NCBI GenBank assembly: GCA_002633005.1
Contig: NMRA01000067.1
Span: 923,107 to 987,106 of the forward strand
Length of the DNA stretch: 64,000 nt
DNA from: Phoronis australis
Lineage: Eukaryota; Animalia; Phoronida
Direction of reading: 5' to 3'
The notes beneath the pieces were generated by a model that searched no databases, was not told where the DNA came from, and saw only the letters and a program-made list of their open reading frames with translations. Of the stretch, positions 1 to 14,696 are shown in pieces; positions within the stretch are counted from its first letter, which is position 1, and every line of letters starts with the position of its first letter. Made by a program: the position numbers and the translations under genes.

Positions 1-319
1 CTTCCTTCCCATGGCAGCGCAAGATGTTTACTGGAGGTCTAGTGTATTACACTGATTTGATTATAAAAGCGCGCACCAAAGCGTGTGCAACCACCCAGCT
101 AGTCCTCACTCACAAAGTTGTAAATGCCACCCACACATTGGCCATCCAAGCACTTGCCACAAGACCTGTGCCGCGTTAAAGATGATCATGAACTTATGTC
201 CATTTTACAGATTTTACCTGATTTTACTTGTCTCAAAACATGACTCTCCACACCCAAATATCAAATTTAAAATATTGGGTTATTTGTGATCTTATGATAT
301 GCAAATAATAAATGTTTTG

Positions 320-392
320 CATGGGCGGCACAGCACTGAAATATTAGTGGGGGGGCTACAGCTCTCTAGTCCCCTATGGTGCGTTACTCATG
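320..392. mobile_element. 73-bp MITE with 5-bp TSD (hAT5-type), copy 1
   Basis: CATG...CATG termini; TTTTG on both sides (315-319, 393-397); reverse-complement homolog at 11784-11854. Confidence 0.7.
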
Positions 393-1396
393 TTTTGTTG
401 CTGTGTTCACCAAACACTTCTTCCACAACATTGCTGATCATGTGCACGCGTGGCATCATACAACATAAGCGACACTTGGTGAAAAGGTAATAACACTGCC
501 TGCAAAACTTCAATCGATGTTCGTGGAACCTTTTTGTAACGGACTGCAAAGCAATGTTCAGGAATCTGAATATGGTAATGTAATAGACGTTTTGGGAAGA
601 AATGAAACGAATTAGAAATCGCTACTGAAAATATTCAATACAGGAAACTGAAGTCCACGAACTGCTTTAACATCCAGTGTCTCCTAAGGCGGACCCTTAA
701 GGCGCATTCCAGCACACCGTGGCTCGAGCTGTGAATTGTGCATTTGTCAAATTTTGGTAGTTCCTTTCTATAGTGGGCTTTTGTCTCATTTTCTAATTTT
801 TTGGGAGCTTTTGTCTTTTTTTCGTTTCTGTGAGGCAGACCTTTTTGCCCACTTCGCCAAATGGGGGGGGGGCTCAAATGGGGTGCGCGCATGTGAAGCA
901 TGACTTCACTCCCTATGCTTAAAAACAGAATTATGACAGCTTCACATTTTTCTTTCCCCGCCCCTGGTCCCAGCACTTCCACTTCCCCATCCATGACATC
1001 CACCCAATATTCTACATTTCAGCCAAGCTACAATTCATTCCTATTCATAAAGAAATAACACTACATTAAACAATTGAAGAGAGGATTCCAGACAGTTATG
1101 GCATTACTATGAATAACAATGACCATCAGATGTGATATTGAATGCCAGCTAATGACTGATTTAAAGGTGACTATTAAGCTATGGTGGTGAACCCATTAGC
1201 CTAATTATATCATGACACATGGTAAATGAGCATATACCCTTCACTCAGCTTGCTCCAGCCAATGGTAGAATAAAGGGCAAGATCTGACTAAATGTAGGCC
1301 ATAATTAGGCCCCTCAACCCAGGCAAACTACATAAGTTTGTTAAGACACGACCAAACAAGGAGTTTACTATAATTTGGCAGTAATCTTTCTCATAT

Positions 1397-2533
1397 ACAT
1401 ATTTCATTGAAGACATGACTTTGATCTGTTTTCACGAGTTTAATTTCAGTTCTTTCAAACTCTCTAAATGGAGATCATCACAACAATGCAATAAAAATCC
1501 AATGGACGTCAGTAAGTAACATAATTTACAAAGCGATATTTTGAGACACATATCCCATCTTCAAGCTACAATTCACAACTAGTTCACAGTGAAATGCACA
1601 TCAGAAATGTCAAATGCAATATATCACGTGAAGTTGGCATGCGCAACTATAACAATAAAAACATATAAATATACACGCGTTGCTGTGCATCATACTGCAC
1701 ATATCACCTAAATAATGATAGAGTCCTTCAAGTTCCAGTTTAAGCTGCTCATTCAAACTGGGTTTTTCAAACATTATTAGACTGTAAGAGTTGTTAATCC
1801 TAAAGACAAGCTAGATGTAATTATTTATTACAAGAATATGAAGACCTCTAATTTAGTGATGAGAAATAATATTAGTCATGAGAAGGTCCGCACTGTTGCT
1901 AGATGTAATGTTATTTATGAGTTTACTTAATGTCCCGCGGTCGAATGTTTTCGTCCTCATCAGTAACAAAATTACATAGGGCACTGGGTCTGTTCCTTGT
2001 CTCGACAACTTTCAATGCATTTACAAAGTGGCTGAGTAAAAGACCATTTTCAAAACGTTCATGGTCGCAAGATAACTCGTCAGGAGATTGTTGACAATAC
2101 AATCATTCGCTACATTGAAAATGATGTACACAGGTTACGAACATTAGAGTAATAATGTTTGAAAAACCCAGTTTGAATGAGCCGCTTAAACTGGAACTCG
2201 AAGGACTCTATCATTATTTAGGTGATATGTGCAGTATGATGCACAGAAACGCATGTATATTTATGTTTTTATTGTCATAGTTGCGCATGCCAACTTCACG
2301 TCTTATATTGCATTTGTCATTTCTGATGTGAGTTTTACTGTGAACTAGTTGTAAATAGTAGCCTGAAGATGAGATATGTGTCTCAAAATATGGCTTTGTA
2401 AATTATGTTACCTACTGATGTGGACTGGATTTTTATTTGTGATGTAAAGACAAGATCTCCATTTAGAGAGTTTGAAAGAACTGAAATTAAACTCATAAAA
2501 ACAGATCAAAGTCGTGCCTTCAATGAAAAACGT
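1397..2533. mobile_element. Foldback-type element with ~380-bp imperfect inverted arms
   Basis: 1397-1779 is the reverse complement of 2150-2533 (e.g. TTTAATTTCAGTTCTTTCAAACTCTCTAAATGGAGATC vs GATCTCCATTTAGAGAGTTTGAAAGAACTGAAATTAAA); ~370-bp spacer; no clear TSD. Confidence 0.85.
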
Positions 2534-3377
2534 AAACTAGGAGTTAGGTGATGTTTCGATGAGTTTGCCAACCGGTCCACACTAACAAACTAATTCACAC
2601 AATGAACAGAGGTTAAGGACATCTCAAACTTCATTCACAAAAATTGGCCATTCTTGCAATTATAATTCACAAATGTCTAGCAAAATACCATATCTTCATT
2701 CTCGGGGAACTTCAAATACGAAATATATACTGTGTAAGTGAGACAAAAAGATTTAACAGAACCACCTTGGAACTGCACAACCGTAGGGAACTTTGTTTAT
2801 TACTTATCCGAGGTCAAAGGTTACAGCGCTGTCACTCAAATCAAATATCCCGCCAGGCACAGAGCAGCTCCGTATGTACCTTCAGCCCTTTCATTCACAG
2901 AGTTACCATAATATTGCATCAATGACATGTACATATGACAGAAAGATGCCGGAAAAAATGGAAACAGAACGTAGCTTTGAGAGAGTTGTGTGTCTGCATG
3001 CATACGACTGTTGAGAACAAATGCTACGAGGTGCCTCACACCTGTGTGACTTTGTCAGCAAATTGTGAAAAGAGATAAATGCTTACTCAAATTCCAATGA
3101 CATTCAAATATAACATTACAAAAATTAATGTTAACGATAGTGTTGAGGTACTTAATTTTATATGGCACACATACACATTGTCAGTCACCCAGTGCAGGCC
3201 CTATTCATATTAATTTTAAGTACGTGATATATACATGTATCAGTGATTGGAACTTAATCGGCAAAAATAGACTCCCACGGTTTCCACGGTTTCCAGAATT
3301 CCTGTAGTTCATCTGAAGTTTTTTGCTTAAGAATATACTTAGCGGTAGAATTAATTTTCAAATAATTAATTAAAAAT

Positions 3378-4190
3378 TTAAAGTAAAGGCATTCTTTTTA
3401 AAATTTGAAACGTATATGTAATATTTTGCATGCAATAGAAACCAATGTGAGTACTTTGTTTTCTTTTCTGAACGGAGTTCCAAAAAGTATTGTCTTTTTT
3501 CAAATAGAGTTTGGAGACGACCTTTGCTGATAAGAGACTCAAAATGATGCACCAAAAAGAGTGCCTGATGCAATCTACAAATAAGTGTTCAATTGTCTCA
3601 CATTCGTTCTTATAGAAAGTACAAGAATTAGAAACAACATAATTAATTTTAAATAACCAAGCATTTGTAGGAGGGATCCTATGCAGCACTTTGTATTGAA
3701 ACTAGTATATTTTTGTATCGTTTACACTTAAAAGAGGGATTTTATAAAACTTACTCCACATACAAGATTATCAAAAATGTATCCTACATCTTCAAACTTC
3801 TTTTGAGCACTAGACTGCAGAGAATTCTTATTTAATACATTATAAATAAGTTTACATCCATGTTGATCAACAAGTAGAGTGGACAATGAAAAGGGAATAT
3901 TGATCCGACAACTTTTTCAATTGGTAGTTGGGACAATTTTTTTTAAGAAAGGCCTTTACTGAACTGACCAAAGGTATTGCAAAAAATTAACTTTTATTTT
4001 TGTTGTTCAAATTAAAGTGATTATATGAAAGGAATACACCGTTACTATCCAAAATGTCCGTCAAACAAAATATATTTTTTATCAAAAAGGATTCCACGTA
4101 AAAAGGTTGCTTGCCTACTAGAACTTTACTGTAGTGTAAAATATTTACAGAAACAATACTGCATTCATGCTTGTCCACATCATAATACTG
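3378..4190 (-). pseudogene. Degraded 3' fragment of an L1/Tx1-type LINE ORF2 (C-terminal zinc-finger region)
   Basis: LHRIPPTNAWLFKINYVVSNSCTFYKNECETIEHLFVDC (zf-RVT-like) and upstream KQPFYVESFLIKNIFCLTDILDSNGVFLSY; frameshifts and stops. Confidence 0.75.
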
Positions 4191-7100
4191 TTTTCTACTT
4201 AAAGATGCCCAATGTTGTAAGACTAAATAAAATGAATAAAAAGAAGTTATTCAGACAGCCTATTGAGAGGACTAAATGAGAAGCTTGCTTATTGGGAACA
4301 TCCAGGTTTATGGGTACCTTAAATGATAAAATTTAACACTGTTCTGATGTCTGTTTGTTTAGATTATTACGGTAAACATTCTCCAGTTTGGTACAAGGAA
4401 AATTAATTACTTTTTTTTCTGAACAAGGCCAGAACTAGAACCAAACTTAAGAAATTCCCACAGACACCTATGTGACAGTCATCAGCCTGTAGGAACCAGG
4501 AGCTGGCCAAATTCAAGGCATGTGATAACATAGACCAATTAGAAGGTTGGGAAAAAGCGTTGTGTAGCACTGCACAAAGAAATTAGTGGAGCAGTCCGAA
4601 CTGAGGAAAGGGGGAGGGATTTGAAACAAAGATGGGTCCATACGCACGCACAAAAGTTGAACAAGTAAAATACCATATTTGCTAAACAAAAGTTCAAGAA
4701 TATCAATGACAAAACCTCATTCTCCTCCATGTTGTGCACTGGGGCATGCTTGAAACTGTTGCATCGGAAGCTATTTTTGACAATTTTATGAACTGCCAAG
4801 CCTCTCGAGACTGCATATACAACACAATACATTTGAGATAAACTCTGAATGCAAAACTATCCCATGTCGCAATCTTCGGAACCAAGGCAATTCAAATTTG
4901 GTTTGAATTTCAGTGCACCAAATTTTAGATACTTTCCAAACTTGAGAGCTTTTTCCCTCCCCTAAAATTCGCAAACTCCCAGGTGTTGGGAAGACAATTA
5001 TAAAAACTCAATGGGTGGATGAAACAAAACAAAACAAAACAAATTGAAGACACATTGCTTTAAACAGTAAATCACCATGGTCACACCTCCGGCTTAGATG
5101 CAACAAGCATGTTTTAAGAGAACTCTTAATTGAGAAATAACAAGAAAATTTGAAACTATTTTTGCGTTGTATAGTAATGGATGGAAGAAGCTATAACTAA
5201 GAGTTGAGCCAATACTAAGGGGATGCTTTGTAGAAAAAATGCAGCAAGACAATTAAATACATGTTTGTGTTGAATATTCATCCAATGGAATGGGTCTATA
5301 TTTCAGCTTCCGAAAACCCATAGAAAATTAATTTAGTAATTACAGCATTTACATTTCAGAAATAATAATAATAAACTCATACATTGGCAGGAAGTGTAAG
5401 TCATGATTGAGTAGCAACATACGGCCTCCCTCAGGTCACTGGTCGGTTGGGCGAGACAGTTGGAACCCCGATTAAAAGTGCAAATTTGTGGGTCACGGTT
5501 GTTGCTTCGATGTATAAAAACTTCATGTGTGTTCACAGCTCAAAACTGATTGTAAATCACAGAACACCAGCAGAATGAAAGTAATAAAACAATTAGTAAT
5601 GCTGCCTCCTGTAACAATGGACAGAGATTCATTTTCAAAAGCAAGAAAGTGACGCTGAAGGGGAATAACTTTCGCAAAAAACATCACCAAGAAAATTTTG
5701 ATTAGTAATATTTTGTCAAAAAACAAATTGGACATTTGGGATGTGATCTCGAAGTGTCAAATCCACTCAAAAATCAACTGGAGTCGGGACACTGTCATGA
5801 CAATGATACAGGCAGACATACCATAAGTCACAAAACTCAACATAGCAGCTATTACCAACCCTTGCTAGAGCTGATAACCCCTTTGTGAATCAGCCATATG
5901 TAAGATTTCCCAATTAGTGGTGACCTGGGACTATTTTCAGTGAATAGCCAACTAATGTAAGCTGAAAGCATTGCATGGAGTTCAATATGAAATCTACCAA
6001 TCTGTTTTCTAGATGCCAGCTGGAAAGCTGTCCCTCCAAAACTACTGTACAAACCTTCACCCCCCTCCCCCCCTGCAAGTTTAGGAGGCATGCATTGCCT
6101 CCACGCCAATTTTTTTAAAAATGCGATCAGGGCTTATTAAAATATGCAGTGGACTACAGGATAACCAGACAAAAAGGCAGTATGCACACATACATATATA
6201 TGTGGGAGCAAGTGACTGTGCTCTCAAATATTGGCTTTTGGTCGGTTGTTTACATAGGCTGGAAAAGGACAAACTTCACACCTCAAGAAACATATTACAT
6301 TTTCACCAAAATTTGCCCCAGCATAACAGCAAATTCTGTAGTTCTGTCTCCTGAATTTTAAATCTCATTTGCTAATCTTCAATTCTCACCTATATTTCTA
6401 ATGGAGAGCTGATGGCAAGAAATTAAGCTCATGCACGGTAGCACATATCAATTCTAACAATTTCTTCATACTGTTTGTGATTCTTTGGAAATTCACAAAA
6501 GTTCAGTTGTCCATCACTTGAGTACTACTGCAGTGAAGTACTTTGGGTGAAGGGCTGTCATGCACTTTGCTAGTGTTCCAAAGTATCTAAAAATCAGAAA
6601 CAGCCAGAAAAAATAACTTGGCCACTGGTTTCCAGACTTTCATAAAAACACCAGAAATGCAATAAAACATATCCTGCTGACAAGAAAAAACAGGATTGTG
6701 CAATAGTAGATTGACACCTGTCACTCAAACACAGTAGTTCACACAGCACTGCTGGTGAAGGAATTTCAACTTCTTCCATTAGCATTGCAATGTAATCCAA
6801 CGTGCTGCTTGTGGCAGACATTTCAGCAAATAAACAGCACATCGTATATATTTATATTTTACAAAATTCTTCCTTAAATCGCACCACCTCACCCATACCT
6901 AGAGACTTGGTATAAGGCCTGAGCAGCAGCGAAAATTTCTAGATTGCACTTTTTTTTGAAGGAGTTCGAGTTACGGAAATTGAACTTTATTTTCTTCCAA
7001 GGTATCACCAAAATTTAAGATGATAAAACTACATGCACTGAACCACAACTTTCATGCAGCCAGTAACTTGACAATCAATTGACTCAGGGTTCTGAGTGTA

Positions 7101-8663
7101 CCTTGCCTACCCACATCACAAAAACTTGCCACTTGAGCCATGGTACACTGAGATGGTACACCTGTGCTACAAGTAAGCACTCTGACTTAGCTCCACCTTT
7201 AGTACTAACAACATAAATCTTCATATTCATTGGTTAATTTGAACAAGTCATTTAGAACCCATATCCATAATGGAAAATGGTGTAACAAGTTTGGTTTTCA
7301 AGCCAAAGCTCCAGGCGACAATACTAAAAACGGAACCTATTGAAAAATGAAATCATACTTGAAGAAGGAATTGTTTACACCTATGCTGACAGAGGTCTCT
7401 GAACATCTAAAGAATGCTCAGGTAAGCCACCAATTACCAAATATTGACAGACTGGCAATTGTTTTTATATAAAGCATCAGTATATAAAGAAGGTAACCAT
7501 AAGCGACTATAAATTACATCATCAAGCCCCCCAGGTGTGCCATTCTTGATTTTTCTGTCACTCAAATTTCATCAGGGCAAACCTTTCTCGGCATCAAACC
7601 AACATTCAACCCTCAAAGTTTGTTATTCTCCTTGGAAACTAAACTGTTACCAGATTCTCCCCATCACTGCACGTAGTTGTTTTCTCCTCCATGAGCAGCA
7701 CTTCTGCTGCCTTCGACATTGATCTCTTAATATCCAAACTTATACTCCGGAGGTCTCTCTAGCAAATGAAAACCAAACTGTAGAACATTTCCGTTTTCTT
7801 GCCTTCAAGAGCTCGGGGACTACACTAACATTAGTAATAACTCATTAGTAAATTTTCTATGTAATCTAGATGTTGAGAAAATATGATAAGTGTTAATATT
7901 GAATTATCAAAAGGTTGGGACAAAGCAGTGATTAAACACAAGGGACAACAAATTAAAATTCATAGAAAACTTGCACAAAGCTATTTCAATGGAACTAATT
8001 ATGCAACAAATACCTGAAGTGGATACCAGAGAAACAGATTGATGGCGTTACAATACAAGTTGCCTCAGTGTAAAAGTACAGCATGCGCGACAACAAGGAT
8101 AGTGACCAACTGCTGGGCTGCACAGACAGGCTGTTAACAAAAAATAAGACGTTTACATGACTCTGTGTGTATGGGTCATTAATTACTGTTCTTTGACTGT
8201 AAGGAAGTCATTATTGAATAAACAGGGTATTTGTGATTAACAGCTTCAAACTAGCTCTTAAAATTCAGGCAGTTCAAAAAAATTCCCATCAAATGCATAC
8301 AAAAATTTCACATTTCAAATGAAAATTATAGTACATGTATCAGGGAAGAGTGAACTTAATATCACACCACCTGGTTAATTACAGCTAGAATTACTTGATT
8401 AATATAATGAATTCTCACCAGCCGAAGCCTACAGTAAAGTTAACTGTTGCCACACAGATAGACAAGTCAGTCGTTACAGTGAGGGCAATGGTTTACTTTG
8501 TCATACAAGTATATCTGACACTCTCCAAATGAGTTAAAACATAAATAAAAGTCAGAAGCAATTAGGACATGAGGACCCATTATGAAACAACTCTGTTCTT
8601 CCCCTCGACCATATCCCTTGGAATGTTCTTAAAGTGGATTCACCCAATTCAGAGTTCTTCAAA

Positions 8664-9162
8664 GGCCCTTTCATATTGACTTAACTCCGGTCTGAGCGGA
8701 GTGTCCACGTAAACAGCGCAGTTAACTGGACCATTCACACTGGCTTCGGTAGTTAATGAACATCAAAGTAAGCGGTTGGTGCCACTGTCGTCATCGAAGT
8801 TATCGCAAGATAGTGTTGCACGCTAAGATTTTTTTCAATGTTTCAATTTGGAAATATTTACATGTGCTAAGTGACATTAAACTTATTTTTAAATCGATTG
8901 GTTATTATTAGAGCAAAATATAAGCAGCTAATAGTGACGGCACTACTCTGTAACTGTTGACGATTACAGTGGCACCTGGCGATTTCGATTGGACCGGAGT
9001 TAAGTGTTCATACTGCACCGCAGCGTCGACGCTGCGGTCTTAAATCCACCTAACTGCGATGTTAACTGGAGCTGTTAACTGCGATCCAGGACCGGAGTTA
9101 AGCGTTCATACTGACCGCAACTCCCCAAACCATCGACGCATTGTGGTTAGTATGAAAGGCCC
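8664..9162. mobile_element. PIF/Harbinger-type MITE
   Basis: TIRs GGCCCTTTCATATTGAC / GTTAGTATGAAAGGCCC; internal repeats TTAACTCCGGTC / GACCGGAGTTAA. TSD not clean. Confidence 0.7.
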
Positions 9163-11783
9163 TTTAGACCAGACTCCAATCAGCTAATGTAATACATGCC
9201 ATAACATATCAGTTTTTTCCGATAAAGTGCTGAGGGGTGCTTCTTTGGAAATGATGAAAGAAAAGGCTTTTTAGAAGGTCAGGATGTGACTCAGATGATG
9301 GTTAGATCACATTCTTCCAAAATGTTTGTCGTTAACTTTTGTGCAAAGTTGGCAGTTTTAGATTCACAAATGATGCTCAATTTGTTTAAAGGCAACCAAA
9401 TGACCTGACAAAATTATATCGAGATGGTATCATGGTGATAGTTGTACACATTGGCCAGAGTATTTCCAGTCATCATGCAAGATACAGTTCAGCCTCTTCC
9501 AAAAATTGCTGACTGTGCTCAGCTGACACAAGTAATATCTTTGTACCCCTAACAAGGTCAACAGCAACAGTAAATGATCAAAATATCACGTTTGACATGT
9601 CCCAACGATTTGTTTCAGTTTCAATCATTACGGTTTGCACAACAAATGGTTATGATTCTCTTTTGAAATGACTTAACCTTGAACTGTCAGGCCATACTGA
9701 AAATTAAATATTTTCAACGGATATCATTCTGTGCATGCCATGTTCGGAAGGCAGAATTCAATAATTAAATCCTCCCAACAGACCAGCCCCGCAGGCGCTA
9801 TTACAAGACTCGTAATGACAGGTTGCATGTTATAGAGTGCATAAGTCATCAGTGTCCAGTAACAGTAGGTAATGTACGCCAGTATCTATCTTAAAGTTTC
9901 CGGAAAAAAACAAAAAACACTCTCAATGAGGGGGGGGGTTTAGGGAACAAAAAGTGGAAATGCCCTGTACCGCTTACAACGCTTATGGTGACTCCACAAC
10001 ACTTTAGCCATATATAGGGTGTCACAGAAGAACAAGTATAAGAAAATGGTTTTATTAGGAATTAGTGGTGTTTTTTTATTCCAGGAATCCCAAAGAAGAA
10101 TGACAGTTGACTAATCACAAAGAAATGATGAACAGATTTTTTTCAGACTCTGCACAGCTGACTCTTCATTACAGCCTTCCCATGTTTCACAGAGCAAACA
10201 CTCTATACTACATTCTGTATTGGAATTGAACAATTTCTACTGTAGTACGCATAGAAAGTTTTTTAAAAACATTTTTGGACACAGACGCATCAATTTTATC
10301 TACACCGGAACCATGAAACCCGATGCTCATGAAATTGAAATCTGAAATTTGGGTTTAAGTTGTCTCTCTCCAATTACCATGTATAATCGGGCATGAACAA
10401 CATCACTCTTAAAGGCCGCACAGGATTAAGACTTTAATCACCAATGCATTCATTACGTCATAAGCAAAATGGTAAATAAATGAACATAGCAACTAAAAAA
10501 GCTTTTTTTTAAATGGTCAGTTATTTTCTCACTGCTTTAGTTTTGTTTTGGTTAAAAGACAAATCCTGCCATCTGGCCTCTCATGGAAGTTTGTAGGCAT
10601 TTTGAAACACAAAAACTGTTTTAAGAGTCAACTGGCGCTTTTTCCAACATCTAGGCATTGCAAAACAAACTTTGTGGTTATAGTAAAAAACATTTATTCC
10701 AAGTAAAATCACAATCCCAGGACTTATACTTTGTTAACATTTGTGGGACACCCTGTATTACCAAGACTCAGTAATTGGAATCAAGGCCCATTCATGAATG
10801 TAAATGCCCAGCACCTAATATAATGAACCATTAATTCAAAAAATCAAAACTTGGATATCAATCTTAGCTTAACTAACTTCATGGTTCAGCACTACATTGA
10901 CTTTAATGCAGGGTCTTCAAATGAACAGAAAAGCTCAATATCCAACTACTGTAGCATTCATAACGAAATTATTGCTTGGCAATTACCATTTTACAATTTT
11001 TAGCCAATAAACTACAAACCAATAAATTATGCATACTCCCTTAAAAGAAACACCTCCATGCCAATATTGAATATACATTAAGTTTGTAAGATTCAAACTC
11101 CCAAAAAGAACCCTTTTGCAGGTAAGTTTGATGGAAATGCTGCTTTTCTAAGGGAACCTAGTTGTGAAAGTCACCCGTTAGAGTAACACACCCAATTTTT
11201 TATGGGAGTACCTAACTGGGCTAGAAATGGTAGGTCATTCAGGTCTGTTGATTCAGGACATCAAATACACAGGAATTCTGCACTAGAAAAACCCTGAACT
11301 GATGTTTTAAAACAGGTGCCATGTTACTGCCAAGTTATCCTATACCACAAGTTTGCTTAGAACTGAAAACTCAAACATAAACAAAGGATGCTGAATGTCA
11401 AACTGTCAGGATTAAGCAGACTGAAATATTATTTACAGGGGCTGCAGCATACAAACTGAACAGTAGAGCACCATCACTTTCTTGGTTGATCCCAATGCAC
11501 AAACCCAATTCCAGTTCACCGAACATTGGACAAACAACTCTTTAGCACTGCCAAAAATATAAAAGGCACTTTCGCTTGACCAAATTTGTAATTGCGGTTT
11601 GCATGTTGACCAAGACTAACAACTCAATGTCTTTCATGCATAGACATTTTGATCATTGCATTGAACATTTTCTGCACTGTTTGATTATTCCATCATTTCA
11701 CAACGGCCATTTAATGACATCATGATGGTCACTATGCATGTATAAAAAAATCATAGGAAATCATTGTTGTGTTAAACACCCAA

Positions 11784-11854
11784 CATGGGCGGTGCACCAT
11801 AGGGGGCTGGGGAGGCTAAAGCCCCGCTCATTTTTCAGTGCTACGCCGGCCATG
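11784..11854. mobile_element. 71-bp MITE with 5-bp TSD (hAT5-type), copy 2
   Basis: CATGGGCGG...GGCCATG flanked by CCCAA on both sides; homolog of 320-392. Confidence 0.7.
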
Positions 11855-13346
11855 CCCAAACAACAACACAGAATGCTGTCCACTGTTCTATTACCATCTA
11901 GTGTCAACATGTAGTTCATTAAGTCTCTGCAGAAATGGCATTTAGAATCAGCTGATTGCTGACTTACATTTGGCACCAAGAGAATGTCGAGGTGGTGAAT
12001 ACATGATGTCATTAAGTAGAACAATCACCAGTGGCAAAACTAATAAAAGTGGGAAAAAGACAAAATAGCATAAGGTTCATTTAACAGTCGTCGTCAGTTA
12101 GGAAATTAGCAGCTTTCACTTGTTTTCCTTACAAATGAGCTGTGTAGAAGGGAAATTAACATGATTTGTTAATTGAAATTCAACGATGTACGATGTACGT
12201 GACGACTTTCAGTCAAGGTTACTCCGGTGGTCAATGGGTGAAACTACTACAAAAACACCAAATACATAATCGACTTTTTATACAACTCACGTCATAATCT
12301 CTATGACAACTCAGAGCAATAGAGCTACAACATGAGCAATTTTTGCAACTGCATTTCTGCAACTTTTCATATACTTCTTGTCCCTTAAAGGCAAAGCTCA
12401 CTTAAAAAATTCAAAGTTTCGGTTATTTAAAAAATAAGAATCTCCACTTCCACCCAAATAAATTTGTTGGACATGACTCCAAACATCAAAAAATGTTTTA
12501 GTCATTCATTTTTATAAAAACCTTTTTTTGCTTTTTCAAAAGGCTCATTTCTCATGCTTTTCCAAAAACACTGCCACAATGTCCTAAACACATCTCATAG
12601 TCTTGTTCAAGTCATCAAAAATAACAATCACAAACCAATTATACTTTAATGCTTTTTACTGTGTCTTTTGAGACTTAGAAAATACACAATCACTTTTACA
12701 TGAAAAAATGCCAGAAACTTAGATAACAACCAACACACAAATTAGAAATTCACTGACTTGCAGTAGATTTCATATTGTGTGATTTCATTAAAATCAACCA
12801 AAGCATAGCGCAGCAATAAACTTCAGTGCATTGCTACCATCAAGAAGTTATGAACTCACTAAAGACCTAAAACGTTTTATAGTCACTACATAACTGCTTT
12901 TGGTCAACTTTCCATTGAAAATAATTTCCAGCTCCAGTTTTACTGACAGAGGAACAAAACATTCTATAATAAAATAACTGAACTAATGTCTCTGTGTGTA
13001 TGTGTGTGCAGCAAAAGTTTGAACTTTTTCTTAAACTTTCAAGGTATCCTACATGACTATTGTTCTCTATGACAAAATCATTTTGTGCAGGGATGAGATA
13101 AGAGAGCATATTTGTGATTCAAGCTGATGTGTTACCCAGGGTTCTGTATAATCAGCAACCACTCAAGTGTAAGCTGTGAAGAGATAGTGTTAGTTTCAGG
13201 GACAGCATCAAAATCACACCTTTGAAATTTCTTAATTCATTTGATTTTTTCACTCAGTGTAAATGATTCATTAAAGGCTAAAGCTGTATCAAGACGGGCA
13301 GGAAAACTGTTCACCTGAATCTAGGACCAATATCATTACTCCCAGC

Positions 13347-13837
13347 CAGGCCTTCATCCAGGATTTCGAAAATAGGGTGTCCAAAATGAGGTTCCCAATA
13401 TTCCAGGGCGTCCATAATTCCGATGCGTAACCCCCCATCCCCAGTAATCCCCCCAAACACACAGATTTTTTTTACAAAAAAATCCATAGACCAAGGTTTT
13501 TCATCTAAGTTTACAAAACAGCCTTCTGTAGTGAGCATTTTTAATAAAAAATTGGTGTAGACCAAGACTTTTATAATGCTATCAACCAAGTGTGAGCATA
13601 GCAACATTGTATATACTTTGTATATACAATGTATATTTCTTCCTGCTTTGAAAAAGAGCCCCCACTGTGAGCCTTCAGAGGCTTCCTAGTAATCATTACA
13701 ATGTGTGTGTCCAAACTTGAAAGGTTCCTATTGACAGTGGGCGTCCAAATGATACATTGGGCGTCCTTGCCAGGGCGTCCATATTAGTGCTGGGGCATCC
13801 ATTTGGACGCCCAGGACGTACGCTGCATGAAGGCCTG
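13347..13837 (-). mobile_element. hAT-type MITE family A, copy 1
   Basis: TIRs CAGGCCTTCATCCAG / CTGCATGAAGGCCTG; 8-bp TSD CTCCCAGC (13339-46, 13838-45); homologs at 28587 and 62189. Confidence 0.92.
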
Positions 13838-13895
13838 CTCCCAGCCTGAATGTCTACACAACAACACAAGTATATAATTGTGCTCTTAAAAATAA

Positions 13896-14115
13896 ATGCC
13901 CCAGGTTTGTAGCCACACAGGAATTCAGATGTGGCGCAAGCAACCCAAGAACAAGTTACCCAAGTACAAGTTACTCTACCTCAATAAGGTGAAGTAAGTT
14001 GTCACAAGTGTGGGTAAGTTGCACTAGTTTAAATAGCACCCACAAAGGCTAACTCCACACCTAGCGAAAACTTGTTCCAGGAGTAACTTGTTCAAGTTTA
14101 AGTCTGTGTGTGGAC
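13896..14115. repeat. Dispersed MITE fragment, inverted homolog of 24243-24404
   Basis: Shared motifs GAACAAGTTAC, GCCCCAGGTTTGTAGCCA / TGGCCACAACCTGGGGC, AGTCTGTGTGTG / CACACACAGACT. Confidence 0.6.
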
Positions 14116-14696
14116 AGTATTTTACTGAACACATCCAACTTCATGACAATGACTGATGACTGCTGACGAATGCACCACCCCCATGTGCTATATACTGACA
14201 ATAGACCCCACAAGCTGCATTGAAGAGCATCTGCACATTCTTGAATCAGAAGTCAACAATTATATTACAACTAAGGTGGTGGCTCCTGCCAATATTCATT
14301 TCCTTGTCTCAATTCACTTTGAATCTGATGCTTTGCGACTTGTTTTTTGCCTCACTGGTATGTTTTTTTTTCCACTCGTGATGTTTTGAATCATAACCAT
14401 AGGTTTGGAAGTGTTTGTGTATATTGTAAATATAATATTGATTAACGACAAACTGCTTGTTTTCTATTTCTGTTAACTTTGGCCTAAAAATAAATTTGCT
14501 GATTGATGCTTCACTCTAGAAATGCATAATGCATGATAATTAAAATGGCAAGTTACATAAGTTCTTGCCTGATAAAGCCACTTTAGAGATTAATACGCAT
14601 TAAGTTTGGCATTCAGCAAAATCTCTACAAGCAGCACATTAGTATTTGAATAGCAGTCAGTTTAACTTCATGTTGTGAACAATACGCAAAAACCTA

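Noticed and set aside
13311-13607. Repeated small ORFs (also 28874-29195 and 62492-62762) as a gene family
   Set aside because: They fall within hAT MITE copies with TIRs and TSDs; ORF ends differ between copies.
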